DNA of 64,000 nt from an uncultured Acidobacteriaceae bacterium. GTDB lineage: Bacteria > Acidobacteriota > Terriglobia > Bryobacterales > Bryobacteraceae. The stretch covers positions 6,320 to 70,319 of the forward strand of contig CAWJFN010000006.1 of NCBI GenBank assembly GCA_963842195.1, given 5' to 3'. This document shows positions 1 through 8,608 of this stretch, in pieces. The notes under the pieces are model-generated. The model was not told the origin of the DNA, made no database searches, and saw only the letters and a program-made list of their open reading frames with translations. The translations under genes were made by a program, and so were the position numbers. How positions within the stretch are numbered: position 1 is the stretch's first letter; each line of letters opens with the position of its first letter.

Positions 1-2
1 CG

Positions 3-206
3 CGCCCACCAGAGGGGCTCGAGCGCTTGTCTTCCCTGTGGACTGCGCCATTTGCGCGCTACGCGCCGCCGTACATCCGCAGCGTTCAATTCGGGTACAT
101 GCTTTCCGCAATGTTTGGGACAGGTTTTATAACGCTGAGTTGCCTGGGGCTGGGACGCCTCGCGCGCGCCTGCAGTTATGATCGGCATACTGAGCGCACG
201 ACATGA
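3..206 (+). CDS. PDGLE-domain / CbiN-like accessory protein of a Ni/Co ECF transporter, C-terminal fragment (gene starts upstream of the window)
   Basis: Frame 3 reads RPPEGLERLSSLWTAPFARYAPPYIRSVQFGYMLSAMFGTGFITLSCLGL..., with a PEGLE motif and a terminal hydrophobic helix. Its TGA stop overlaps the cbiQ ATG (ATGA at 203-206). Confidence 0.5.
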   Translation, partial: RPPEGLERLSSLWTAPFARYAPPYIRSVQFGYMLSAMFGTGFITLSCLGLGRLARACSYDRHTERTT

Positions 207-1039
207 CCGTGCTGCGGACGCGCCACGCTCATCAGTTCCTCGAGCACACGCTACACGGCCTGTACACGGCTATGGACCGCGCTCTTTATGCGGAGAAGTC
301 GGCCAGCGCTGGTGGCTTGCTGCAGCGGCTCGATCCCAGAGTTAAGGTCGGCGGAGTTTGCGCCTTGATTGCCGCTGTCGCATTAGCGTCGAAACTGTGG
401 GTTCTCGCGGCGATTTTTGTTCTTACTGTTGCGCTGGCGACAACTTCAGGGATTTCTATTATCGCGCTCGCGACGCGTGTGTGGACGAGTGCGCTGGTTT
501 TCACGGGTGTAATCGCCCTGCCAGCCTTGTTTTTGACCCCCGGGCAGCCAGTCTGGCGTGTGCCGGGTCTCAGCTGGGTCATAACTGCTCCCGGTCTGAC
601 CACGGCGAGCTATCTCATTTTGAGAGTGGAGGCGTCGGCGACGTTGGCGCTGTTGCTCATATCGACGACTCCCTGGACGTACGTTCTCAAATCACTGAGA
701 ATGTTCCGCGTCCCAGTGGTCTTCGTGGTCATTTTGGGCATGACTTGCCGCTACATTCTGTTGATGCTCGAAGCCGCGCACGAAATGTTTGAATCGCGTA
801 GGAGCCGTACAGTCGGTGTACTTTCAGGCAGAGAAGCGCGGCGAATGGCCATTGCGAGTGCTGGAGTTCTGCTGAGCAGAACCTTTCAGTTGAGCGGCGA
901 AGTGTACCTGGCCATGCAGGCGCGAGGCTTCCGAGGCGAAGTCTATCTCCTGGACGATTTCCGGATGCGAGGACTTGATTGGTTCGCAGCTTTGGCTTTT
1001 TTCGTCGCCACCCTGACGGCCATGTGGGCGGGCCGCTGA
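203..1039 (+). CDS. cbiQ: ECF-type cobalt/nickel transporter transmembrane (T) component CbiQ
   Basis: 278 aa polytopic membrane protein with a CbiQ/EcfT-like C-terminal half (...CRYILLMLEAAHEMFESRRSR...LSGEVYLAMQARGF). Translationally coupled to the downstream ATPase. Confidence 0.85.
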   Translation: MTVLRTRHAHQFLEHTLHGLYTAMDRALYAEKSASAGGLLQRLDPRVKVGGVCALIAAVALASKLWVLAAIFVLTVALATTSGISIIALATRVWTSALVFTGVIALPALFLTPGQPVWRVPGLSWVITAPGLTTASYLILRVEASATLALLLISTTPWTYVLKSLRMFRVPVVFVVILGMTCRYILLMLEAAHEMFESRRSRTVGVLSGREARRMAIASAGVLLSRTFQLSGEVYLAMQARGFRGEVYLLDDFRMRGLDWFAALAFFVATLTAMWAGR

Positions 1040-1863
1040 TGTTGTTCGAGATCGACCGGCTCACCTATCGCTATGAGGGAGTGATCGCCCTTGATGCATT
1101 GAGCCTGTCCATCGCGGAGGGAAAGCGTGTGGCTCTGCTCGGAGCAAACGGTTCGGGCAAATCGACCCTGCTGCGTATTCTTGATGGCCTGTACTTCGGT
1201 GCTTCCGGTGCAGTTCGATTTCGCGGCGTGGAACTGACCGAAAATCGATTTGCCGAAGATGAGTTTGCGTTCGCGTTTAGAAAACAGGTCGGACTGGTCT
1301 TCCAGAACCCCAACGTGCAGCTCTTTAATCCGTCTGTTTTCGACGAGGTGGCGTTTGGGCCGTTGCAGCTTCGACTACCCAAAAGGGAAGTTCGGGCTCG
1401 CGTGGAGACGATCCTCGAACGTATGCGGCTCTCGCATTTGAAAAACCGCGCGCCGCATCGGCTCTCGGGCGGCGAGAAGAAGCGTGTTGCGCTGGCCAGC
1501 GTACTGGTCATGGAACCGGATGTGCTTCTACTGGACGAACCCACAGCATCGCTTGACCCTCGCAGTCAGAGTCAAGTCATCGATTTGCTGGTGGAGTGGG
1601 GAGGCGGTGCGAAGTCGGTGATCATCGCGACACACGATCTGGGCGATCTTCACGATATCGCGGACAGATGCTATGTGCTCGATAGAGGGCGACTGGCTGG
1701 TGAGGGCGCGCCGGGAGACGTCCTGCAAGACACTGACCTGCTGCGGAGGACGAATCTCATTCATGCTCATCGGCACCGGCACTTTTCAGGAGAGACGCAC
1801 ACGCATCCGCATCTTCATCGGCGGCATGAAGCCACTGACTTCGAACATCCGCTGGTGGACTGA
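1039..1863 (+). CDS. cbiO: ECF cobalt/nickel transporter ATP-binding protein CbiO with a His-rich C-terminal tail
   Basis: Walker A GANGSGKST, ABC signature LSGGEKKRV, Walker B LLLDEPT. Start chosen at the ATG overlapping the cbiQ stop (TGATG) rather than the longer ORF-track start at 979. The tail ...HAHRHRHFSGETHTHPHLHRRHEATDFEH is His-rich. Confidence 0.85.
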   Translation: MLFEIDRLTYRYEGVIALDALSLSIAEGKRVALLGANGSGKSTLLRILDGLYFGASGAVRFRGVELTENRFAEDEFAFAFRKQVGLVFQNPNVQLFNPSVFDEVAFGPLQLRLPKREVRARVETILERMRLSHLKNRAPHRLSGGEKKRVALASVLVMEPDVLLLDEPTASLDPRSQSQVIDLLVEWGGGAKSVIIATHDLGDLHDIADRCYVLDRGRLAGEGAPGDVLQDTDLLRRTNLIHAHRHRHFSGETHTHPHLHRRHEATDFEHPLVD

Positions 1864-1884
1864 TTCTCGTAGCACAGATGGCTG

Positions 1885-3870
1885 ATGCTGAAACGACGGC
1901 TTCGGTTCATAATTCTCGGGCTGTCGGCGGCGATGTATGCGCAAACCGCCGCGCAAGAGATCGCGCCGCATCAGGAAACAATCACCGTGACCGGCGATGT
2001 CGACAAGGTAGACATTCAGCAGCCGGACCCGGCCCAACGCGTTATAGTCCGTGAAGAAATCCTGGATGCGAATCCGGGCCGTCCAGGCGCACCCGTTTCG
2101 ATTCCCGGTCTACCGATTGAGACGGCTTCGGGGGGACTCAAGGCGCCTCAGTATTTTGCGCCCGGGGTGGCCGGAGATCACGGCGAACCGATTGCGACGT
2201 ACTTGCAAATCGGCAGCTTTCTCCTGCCGAATAATTTAAATGCCAACGCGCACGGAAATGGCTACTCCGACCCGAATGTAATGGTTCCCGCCATTATCGA
2301 AAGCGTGCAGACGGATGGTGGCGCGTTCAATGTGCGCGAAGGCGACCATTCAGTCGACCTCGCTGCGACTTATGAGTTACGGCCGCGCTTCGAACCGTTT
2401 GCGACCATAACCGCCGATTATCGGGATGTCGATCTGAGCACCGGTCGGAACTGGCTGGCGCTGCAAGCATCCTATGGCAACGGGTTTCTGGACGCTCTGG
2501 AACATCGCCAGCAGTACAAGATGAACGTATTGAAGAACTGGAATCCGCGAAGCCACACAATTTCACTGCTGTTTATCGGCTACTACGGTCAGTCGAAGAT
2601 CCCGGGGCTGGTTCCCATCAATGTTCCGAATCTTCACGACACCATCGACTCCCGACAGCGCGATCAGACACACACAGGAGAAATCGCTGTCAATGATGTT
2701 TGGCAACTTCGATCCGGAAGTGAATTGCAGCTCTCCACTTTCTTGCGCACTTACGACCTTTCCTTGTATTCGAATTTTGGCGATGGCCTCATCCGGCAGA
2801 GCGAATTCCGCACGGTGACGGGCGGCAATGCAACATACATCCGAAAATTTGGCGATCGCCTTTCGATGATGGCGGGCTTTGACTATTTACGCGACGCGCC
2901 GCGCCGCGACGATCTCGACCGTTATCTATCGATGGATCCGTCCTATTACGGACCGTTTGAAACGGTTTCGGCGAATAACATCACTCTTAATTTCCTGACG
3001 CCCTTTGTGGCCCTCGAAGGCAACCTTCTGCCCTGGCTGCGATATAACCTCGGCTGGCGGCGCGACCAAGTCCAAATTGACAACCAGGACCTGTTCAGAC
3101 CGGCAAATTCCCTGGAGAAATGGCAAGCTATCAATTCGCCCAAGGCGACGCTCAGCTTATTACCGCCTAAAGCCGTGTCGCTGCCTTCGGTTTCCTTCAG
3201 TTTCGGCGAAGCCTTCTTTACCAACGATCCTCGAATGGGAACAGGGGTCCAGCAAGGCAGCCTGGCAAGCCGCGCTCACGCTTACCAGATGGTGGTGAGC
3301 AAGACAATTTTCAACACCGACTTCCGAGCGACTTTGGGGCACATCACGCAAGAGGCATCTCTCGCCAAGATTGATCCCGATACTGGATTGCAATTTAATG
3401 AGGGACCGAGCCGCAACCGATATGTGACAGTCTCGGCGCGAAAGTATTTCGGGGTTGGCCTATTACAGGGTTCCATTTCGAAAGCCGATGCACGCGATCT
3501 GTCCGACGGCACGCCCGTTCCCGAAGCACCCCGTCTGATTGTCGACGTTCTCGGCACGCTGGACCGGATGCCGTTCCATCTACATGCCCGCGCTGAGTTT
3601 GAGGAGGTCGGGCGCAAACCGCTGGGCGACGGATTCGTCAGCGTTCCGGTGCGCGAGTTCCGCGGCGCCTTGGTTCGTGGGTTTCTCAACGGCACTCTTC
3701 AGGCCGGCGTGCAATTCCAATTGTCCAGCGGCTACACGGGACAAACCACTGAAGTGCTAGCACTGCCTGGAGAAGGGGGCGCTTCCGAACGTGTCGTCGG
3801 CGTTTATCTGCCTTCATACGCGACCGTTTCGCTGACCTGGCATATGAAACGCGGAGCGGCGCAACCGTGA
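1885..3870 (+). CDS. TonB-dependent-receptor-like outer-membrane beta-barrel protein
   Basis: Signal peptide (MLKRRLRFIILGLSAAMYAQTAAQ), a plug-like N-terminal region (ETITVTG...), then long alternating beta-strand-like sequence. Lies immediately downstream of cbiO. Confidence 0.6.
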   Translation: MLKRRLRFIILGLSAAMYAQTAAQEIAPHQETITVTGDVDKVDIQQPDPAQRVIVREEILDANPGRPGAPVSIPGLPIETASGGLKAPQYFAPGVAGDHGEPIATYLQIGSFLLPNNLNANAHGNGYSDPNVMVPAIIESVQTDGGAFNVREGDHSVDLAATYELRPRFEPFATITADYRDVDLSTGRNWLALQASYGNGFLDALEHRQQYKMNVLKNWNPRSHTISLLFIGYYGQSKIPGLVPINVPNLHDTIDSRQRDQTHTGEIAVNDVWQLRSGSELQLSTFLRTYDLSLYSNFGDGLIRQSEFRTVTGGNATYIRKFGDRLSMMAGFDYLRDAPRRDDLDRYLSMDPSYYGPFETVSANNITLNFLTPFVALEGNLLPWLRYNLGWRRDQVQIDNQDLFRPANSLEKWQAINSPKATLSLLPPKAVSLPSVSFSFGEAFFTNDPRMGTGVQQGSLASRAHAYQMVVSKTIFNTDFRATLGHITQEASLAKIDPDTGLQFNEGPSRNRYVTVSARKYFGVGLLQGSISKADARDLSDGTPVPEAPRLIVDVLGTLDRMPFHLHARAEFEEVGRKPLGDGFVSVPVREFRGALVRGFLNGTLQAGVQFQLSSGYTGQTTEVLALPGEGGASERVVGVYLPSYATVSLTWHMKRGAAQP

Positions 3871-3884
3871 GTCGCTGCCTGAGT

Positions 3885-5213
3885 TTAATCGATTGCGAAC
3901 TCGGCGAGCCGTTCACGCAGGGACTGCGGAGCGTCCGCGACAACTTCGCAATACTCCTCTTCGTAAGTCTTCGAAATTATAGCGGCGCGGTCGTGGAGTA
4001 AATGCAGCGCACGGCCTTCGCTCAACGGTAAACGGAACCTCTGGCGCTCGACCGGGTCCTGCTGAAGCTCGCGGTCGATCACTTCGAGCAAGCGTTCCAT
4101 ACCTTGACCTGTACGCGCAGAGATCAAGACCGCCTCAGTCGCATTTTGGCGCGCAGTCTCGCCCAGAATCCGGTGAGTTAGCGTTGGCAGGTCGTGCGGC
4201 AAGTCGGACGGATTCAGGCAATCGCTCTTATTCAGGACGAGAATCTGCTTGGTGCTTTCAGCGCCAATTTCCGCAAGTACTTTCATCACGTGCTGCGTCT
4301 GCTCCGGGGCGACCGGTGATGCTATATCTACTGCGTGCAGCAGCAGCGCCGCCGCGGTCACTTCCTCCAGGGTGGCGCGAAACGCGTCCACCAAAGTCGT
4401 CGGCAGGTTTCGAATAAAGCCGACGGTATCGCTCAGAAGAATCCGCCGGTGAGAAGGCAATCTGATCTGGCGCACCGTCGGATCGAGCGTCGCGAACATC
4501 CTGGCGTCCGCGAGCACGCCGGCACCGGTGAGGCGATTGAAGAGCGTCGATTTACCGGCGTTGGTGTAGCCGACCAGGCTGACGGTTGAAAGTGGGACCG
4601 CCTGTCGCTGCGATCGTTGGACGCCGCGAGTGGCGCGCACGCGCTCGATCTCATTCTTGAGTTTGGCGATGCGCCTCCCGATACGCCGGCGATCGGTTTC
4701 GAGTTGCGTTTCGCCGGGTCCGCGAGTGCCGATACCGCCGCCGAGACGCGACATCTGCGTGCCGCGTCCGGCCAATCTGGGCAACAGATAGTTCAACTGC
4801 GCCAATTCGACCTGCAACTGACCCTCGGCCGTGCGGGCCCTACGCGCGAAGATGTCCAGGATCAGTTGGGTACGGTCGATGACTTTGACCGGCAAACGCC
4901 GTTCGAGATTGCGGAGCTGCGTGGGGCTAAGCTCGTGATCGAAGATCACTGTGTCAATCTCATCGGCTTCGATCCTTTGCCGGATCTCGTCGGCCTTCCC
5001 GGAGCCTACCAGAGTGGCAGCATCCAACGCGGGCCGCGCCTGACGCATGCTGTCGATCACGGCGGCGCCAGCGCTCTCGGCCAAACTGCGGAGTTCTGCG
5101 AGCGATTCGTCGATATCCGTGTCCCGGCTCGTCCGAGATGTCGCCCCGCGCTGACGGCCGGTCAGCTCCACGCCGATGATCAGAGTGCGTTCCGGGGGCG
5201 CCTGCGCTTCCAC
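3885..5213 (-). CDS. hflX: GTPase HflX
   Basis: HflX N-domain followed by a G-domain (LVGYTNAGKSTLFNRLTG, DTVGF, LNKSD). GTG start overlaps the hfq stop by 1 nt, giving the classic hfq-hflX pair. Confidence 0.9.
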   Translation of the reverse strand: MEAQAPPERTLIIGVELTGRQRGATSRTSRDTDIDESLAELRSLAESAGAAVIDSMRQARPALDAATLVGSGKADEIRQRIEADEIDTVIFDHELSPTQLRNLERRLPVKVIDRTQLILDIFARRARTAEGQLQVELAQLNYLLPRLAGRGTQMSRLGGGIGTRGPGETQLETDRRRIGRRIAKLKNEIERVRATRGVQRSQRQAVPLSTVSLVGYTNAGKSTLFNRLTGAGVLADARMFATLDPTVRQIRLPSHRRILLSDTVGFIRNLPTTLVDAFRATLEEVTAAALLLHAVDIASPVAPEQTQHVMKVLAEIGAESTKQILVLNKSDCLNPSDLPHDLPTLTHRILGETARQNATEAVLISARTGQGMERLLEVIDRELQQDPVERQRFRLPLSEGRALHLLHDRAAIISKTYEEEYCEVVADAPQSLRERLAEFAID

Positions 5214-5506
5214 TAATGGTTCGTTTCGGACGGATCGGGTAACGGGAGCGGCGCACCAGGCGTACCGCCGGGAGAAGCATGCAAGCCCATCCCATGCATG
5301 GGCTTCGAGACGACCACGGTCGAAATTGCGTGCTTGAAGATTAACTGCTCCTGGTTATTGGTCTCGAGAACGACGGAGTATTTGTCGAAGCTCTTAATAC
5401 GCCCCGACAGCTTGACACCGCTCATCAGATAAATAGTGAGGAATGTTTTTTCTTTTCTGGCGTTATTAAGAAACGCTTCCTGGATATTCTGCGCGAGCTT
5501 TTCCAT
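5213..5506 (-). CDS. hfq: RNA chaperone Hfq
   Basis: Sm1/Sm2 motifs ([40 protein letters not shown]...[11 protein letters not shown]). Start trimmed to MEKLAQN (ATG at 5506); the ORF-track start at 5596 adds 30 implausible residues. Confidence 0.9.
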   Translation of the reverse strand: MEKLAQNIQEAFLNNARKEKTFLTIYLMSGVKLSGRIKSFDKYSVVLETNNQEQLIFKHAISTVVVSKPMHGMGLHASPGGTPGAPLPLPDPSETNH

Positions 5507-5800
5507 TTGTTTGTCCGAGTGTGTTTCGCAGCGCTCTTCAATCCTAGCCGCAAACGGTAGCCAGGGTCCGCAGAGCCAATTGCAGACAATAGCCACGTCC
5601 GTAGCATCAAACCTCTAGCTCATACGCCGGGTACCCGGGCGAGCCAGGCACAAACCCCAGCATTTCTATACTATCTGGATCGGGTTTCGTACTCCGATGT
5701 TTCCTGGCCGTTCAGGAACCCTCCAGCAAGCCGTCGCTCGCCGCGTTACTTTATTGAAAGGCGGGCACGCAGTCGTGCACTTTGCGCTCCTCTGGCCTGG

Positions 5801-6736
5801 ATGTCCCAAACACTATCAACCGTTACCTCCGACTCCGAGCAGACGATAGGCCGGCGGGTCGCCCTGATTAGCATTTCCGCGGGAATCGTTCTAGCCATTC
5901 TGAAGATTTCTGTCGGAGTCGCGGCGCATTCCAATGCAGTGGTCTCGGATGGGCTTGAAACTGCGGGCGATGTCCTCTCGTCGACGATTGTCTATCTCGG
6001 GCTATGGCTTGCCAGCAAGCCGCCGGATGCCGAACATCCCTACGGGCACGGCCGCTATGAGACGCTGGCTGGACTTGCGGTGGGAGGCATTCTTCTGCTA
6101 ACCGGAACGGGTATCCTCTGGCACGGATTGAGCTCTCTAAAGCCGCGTTCGGACCTGCGCGGCTATGCTGTATATCCGCTATTCTTTGCCGCAGTCCTGA
6201 AAATCTTCCTTGCAGTGTTGAAATTTCGCACCGGCAATCGCATCGGCAGCAGCAGTCTGCAAACCGATGCCTGGCACGATGTCACGGACCTCTTCTCCAC
6301 CACTGTTGCATTAGTGTCCGTCGCGCTCACGCTGCACTATCCGGGACGGTTCGGCATGGCGGATCAGATGGGCGGCGTGGTCATCGGCATCATCGTTTTG
6401 TTCCTGTCATTGCAGGTTGTGAAGAACACGACGGGGTTTTTGCTCGATACCATGCCGGAACCCTCGCGCATGTCCGAAATTCGGCGCGTAGCGCTGAACG
6501 TGCCAGGTACGTTAGGCATTGAGAAATGCTTTGCCCGCCGGACGGGAATGAAGTATCACGTCGACCTGCACCTGGAGGTCGATCCCGATATGACAGTTCG
6601 CAGGTCTCACGAAGTTGCTACGGAGGTGAAAAAGCGCGTGAAAGAGAAGCTGCATTGGGTGGCCGACGTCTTGGTGCATGTAGAGCCGTCGGATCTGAGT
6701 GCTGAATCGGATTTACTCAGGCGCGGCCGGAATTGA
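5801..6736 (+). CDS. cation diffusion facilitator (CDF) family metal efflux transporter
   Basis: Six predicted TM helices, the HPYGHGRYETLA motif after TM2, and a C-terminal cytoplasmic domain (HVDLHLEVDPDMTV...H). Confidence 0.8.
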   Translation: MSQTLSTVTSDSEQTIGRRVALISISAGIVLAILKISVGVAAHSNAVVSDGLETAGDVLSSTIVYLGLWLASKPPDAEHPYGHGRYETLAGLAVGGILLLTGTGILWHGLSSLKPRSDLRGYAVYPLFFAAVLKIFLAVLKFRTGNRIGSSSLQTDAWHDVTDLFSTTVALVSVALTLHYPGRFGMADQMGGVVIGIIVLFLSLQVVKNTTGFLLDTMPEPSRMSEIRRVALNVPGTLGIEKCFARRTGMKYHVDLHLEVDPDMTVRRSHEVATEVKKRVKEKLHWVADVLVHVEPSDLSAESDLLRRGRN

Positions 6737-6762
6737 TTGGACTCGGCGCAGAGTATTTCTAA

Positions 6763-8487
6763 ATGGAAAACAAAGAGATCGCCCGGCTGTTACAGGAAAC
6801 CGCCGATCTGATGGAGGTCGCCGGCGAGGACGGATTTCGGATTCGAAGTTATCGCAACGCCGCAGCCGTCATCGTCAGTCATCCGGAGAGAATCGCCGAC
6901 GTTATCTGCAATCCGGAACGCAAGGTTACCGACATCGCCGGGATCGGAAAGGGTTTGGCAGCGGTGCTGACCGAAATTTGCCAGCGAGGTTCGTTCGATC
7001 GTCGCGATCAGATGCTCGCCCGCTATCCGGCGTCGGCTCTCGAACTGCTCAAAATTCAGGGTCTGGGACCGAAGAGCATCGCTCTTTTGTACGAGCATCA
7101 CGGGGCTAAGTCGGTCGATGATCTGGAACGTATCTGCCGTGAACAGAAGTTGCGCGATCTCCCGCGTATGGGAGTCAAGCTGGAAGAGAAAGTCCTGCGC
7201 TCAATCGAAGCGTATCGGCGCAGTGCGGGACGATTTCTCCTCACCTTCGGCAGGCGTACGGCGGCTGAGTTGATCGGCGAATTCTCGAAGCTCAGCGGCG
7301 TCGAGGAAATCGAGGCCGCAGGGAGCCTGCGGCGCGGCCGCGAGACCATAGGCGACCTAGACATTTTGGTGACGGGACCAGGCTCAGCGCAGGCGTTGAC
7401 GCACATTGTGAACCATCCGAAGACTCAGGAGGTTTTGGGACAGGGTTCGAACAAGGCTAGCGTGAGTTTTGGGCTCGAGCGTCTGCAGGTAGACGTACGC
7501 GCAGTCGGCGCTGACAGTCTGGGCGCCGCGATGCAGTACTTCACCGGAAGCAAGGAGCATAACGTTTTTCTGCGCACGGCGGCTCTGAAACGCGGCCTAA
7601 CATTGAATGAATACGGGCTGTTCACGCTGGAAGACAACGTGCGCGTGGCTGGGCGCGAAGAGCGGGAAATCTACGAACGCTTGGGATACGCCTGGATCCC
7701 GCCCGAACTGCGCGAGAACTCGGGCGAGTTCGAAGCGGCAGAAACAGGGACCTTACCGCGCCTCATAGAAGCTTCGGACATTCGCGGCGACCTGCATATG
7801 CATACGGTTGCGACGGACGGAAGGGCAACCCTGCAAGAGATGGCCGAGGCGGCAGCGGCTCTCGGCTATGAGTACATCGCCATCACCGATCATTCCAAAG
7901 CGCTCGCCATGGCGAACGGCCTGAACGAGGAGCGGGTGGTCGAATTCGCGCGGCAGGTGCGACAACTGAATCGCGATGGCCTGCCGCTTCGAGTCTTTTC
8001 TGGACTCGAATGTGACATCATGCGCGACGGCACTTTGGACATCGCCGAGGACGCGCTCGCTGAATTGGACATTGTCATTGGCAGTGTGCATAGCTATTTC
8101 AATCTAGAGTCGGAGGAGATGACGGATCGATTTCTGCGCGCGCTCGAGTCGCCCTCGCTGCGGATTCTGGGGCACGCGACCGGACGGATGTTGCTGCAAA
8201 GAGAGTCTTATCCCTTCGACTTCGAGCAGGTTGCCGCGGCAGCGGCGGCACGCGGGGTTCGTTTTGAAATCAATGCCAGTCCGGAGCGGCTCGATTTACC
8301 CCCTCACCTCGCTCGGGTGGCGAAGCGTAAAGGTTGCACGTTTACCATCTCGACCGACGCCCATCGCCCGCAGCACCTGCATAACATGAGTTATGGAGTC
8401 ACCGCGGCGCGACGGGCGTGGCTGGAGGCCGCCGATATCTGGAACACTCTGCCTTTGGCAGAATTTGAGGCGGCGATACGGCGCTGA
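6763..8487 (+). CDS. polX: family X DNA polymerase with C-terminal PHP phosphoesterase domain (PolX)
   Basis: HhH/8-kDa-like N-terminus, a Pol-beta nucleotidyltransferase core (GSLRRGRETIGDLDILV) and PHP motifs (GDLHMHT..., ITDHS, SVHS, STDAH). Confidence 0.85.
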   Translation: MENKEIARLLQETADLMEVAGEDGFRIRSYRNAAAVIVSHPERIADVICNPERKVTDIAGIGKGLAAVLTEICQRGSFDRRDQMLARYPASALELLKIQGLGPKSIALLYEHHGAKSVDDLERICREQKLRDLPRMGVKLEEKVLRSIEAYRRSAGRFLLTFGRRTAAELIGEFSKLSGVEEIEAAGSLRRGRETIGDLDILVTGPGSAQALTHIVNHPKTQEVLGQGSNKASVSFGLERLQVDVRAVGADSLGAAMQYFTGSKEHNVFLRTAALKRGLTLNEYGLFTLEDNVRVAGREEREIYERLGYAWIPPELRENSGEFEAAETGTLPRLIEASDIRGDLHMHTVATDGRATLQEMAEAAAALGYEYIAITDHSKALAMANGLNEERVVEFARQVRQLNRDGLPLRVFSGLECDIMRDGTLDIAEDALAELDIVIGSVHSYFNLESEEMTDRFLRALESPSLRILGHATGRMLLQRESYPFDFEQVAAAAAARGVRFEINASPERLDLPPHLARVAKRKGCTFTISTDAHRPQHLHNMSYGVTAARRAWLEAADIWNTLPLAEFEAAIRR

Positions 8488-8608
8488 GCGGCGGCAGCCG
8501 GACGTGCCTTCGGCCTCTCTGCACCGCGTTAAGGATTGTAAGCCGGGCAACCCAGGAACGGGGCAGTGCGTCAAGAGGGAATCGACCCCAACCTTGGAGT
8601 AAACAGTA

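Noticed and set aside
979-1038. Longer ORF-track N-termini for cbiO (979), hfq (5596), galM (13437), rpsS (35070), rpmD (41463), map (44302), infA (45039), rpsD (46537), rpoA (47130) and the G1 peptidase (51686).
   Set aside because: These extensions overlap upstream genes or repeat elements and add non-homologous residues. Internal starts with an RBS or start/stop overlap reproduce the canonical protein N-termini.
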